A stretch of DNA of 38,879 nt from Flavobacteriaceae bacterium (GTDB taxonomy: Bacteria > Bacteroidota > Bacteroidia > Flavobacteriales > Flavobacteriaceae). Made by a program: the position numbers and the translations under genes. The notes below the pieces were generated by a model. That model was given only the letters and a program-made list of their open reading frames with translations. It had not been told where the DNA came from and searched no databases. Shown here in pieces: positions 38,878 through 38,879 of the stretch (position 1 is its first letter; the number at the start of each line of letters is the position of its first letter). Location of the stretch: assembly GCA_036795105.1 (NCBI GenBank), contig DAIRFL010000001.1:1-38879 (forward strand), in the 5' to 3' direction.

Positions 38878-38879
38878 AC

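Noticed and set aside
38833..38879. AraC gene as N-terminally truncated
   Set aside because: The reading frame is open to the window edge; the truncation is a window artefact.

Overview
Gene-dense chromosomal housekeeping region from a Flavobacteriaceae (Bacteroidota) genome. The assignment rests on TAnnTTTG promoter boxes, the lack of Shine-Dalgarno sites, SprE- and GldH-like lipoproteins, an atp operon without beta/epsilon, and a three-gene sdhCAB. Contents in order: tatA, M23 peptidase, GH3-family protein, rmlB-C-D, purD, two membrane DUF genes, PaaE-like reductase, ABC permease/ATPase, sprE-bactofilin-atpZ/I-like genes, atpBEFHAG, flippase-dut-DUF4292-EnvC-like, acyl-CoA thioesterase, HU-like/SPOR protein, dprA, trpS, plsC, recA, RicT/PSP1, gldH, class A PBP, sdhBAC, a PHD-like 2OG-Fe(II) oxygenase, ThuA-like protein and a 5'-truncated AraC regulator. 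I saw no mobile element, CRISPR array, rRNA or tRNA, and no clearly novel multi-gene system. The best unexplained signals are non-coding or contextual: two perfect tandem DnaA boxes just upstream of the atpB promoter, a 13-bp hairpin between atpE and atpF, a perfect palindrome in the ricT leader, a prolyl-hydroxylase-like gene head-to-head with succinate dehydrogenase, and marks of genome compaction (shared TTAA stop codons, interlocked promoters, shortened DprA). All product calls come from motif recognition by eye; no database search was run.
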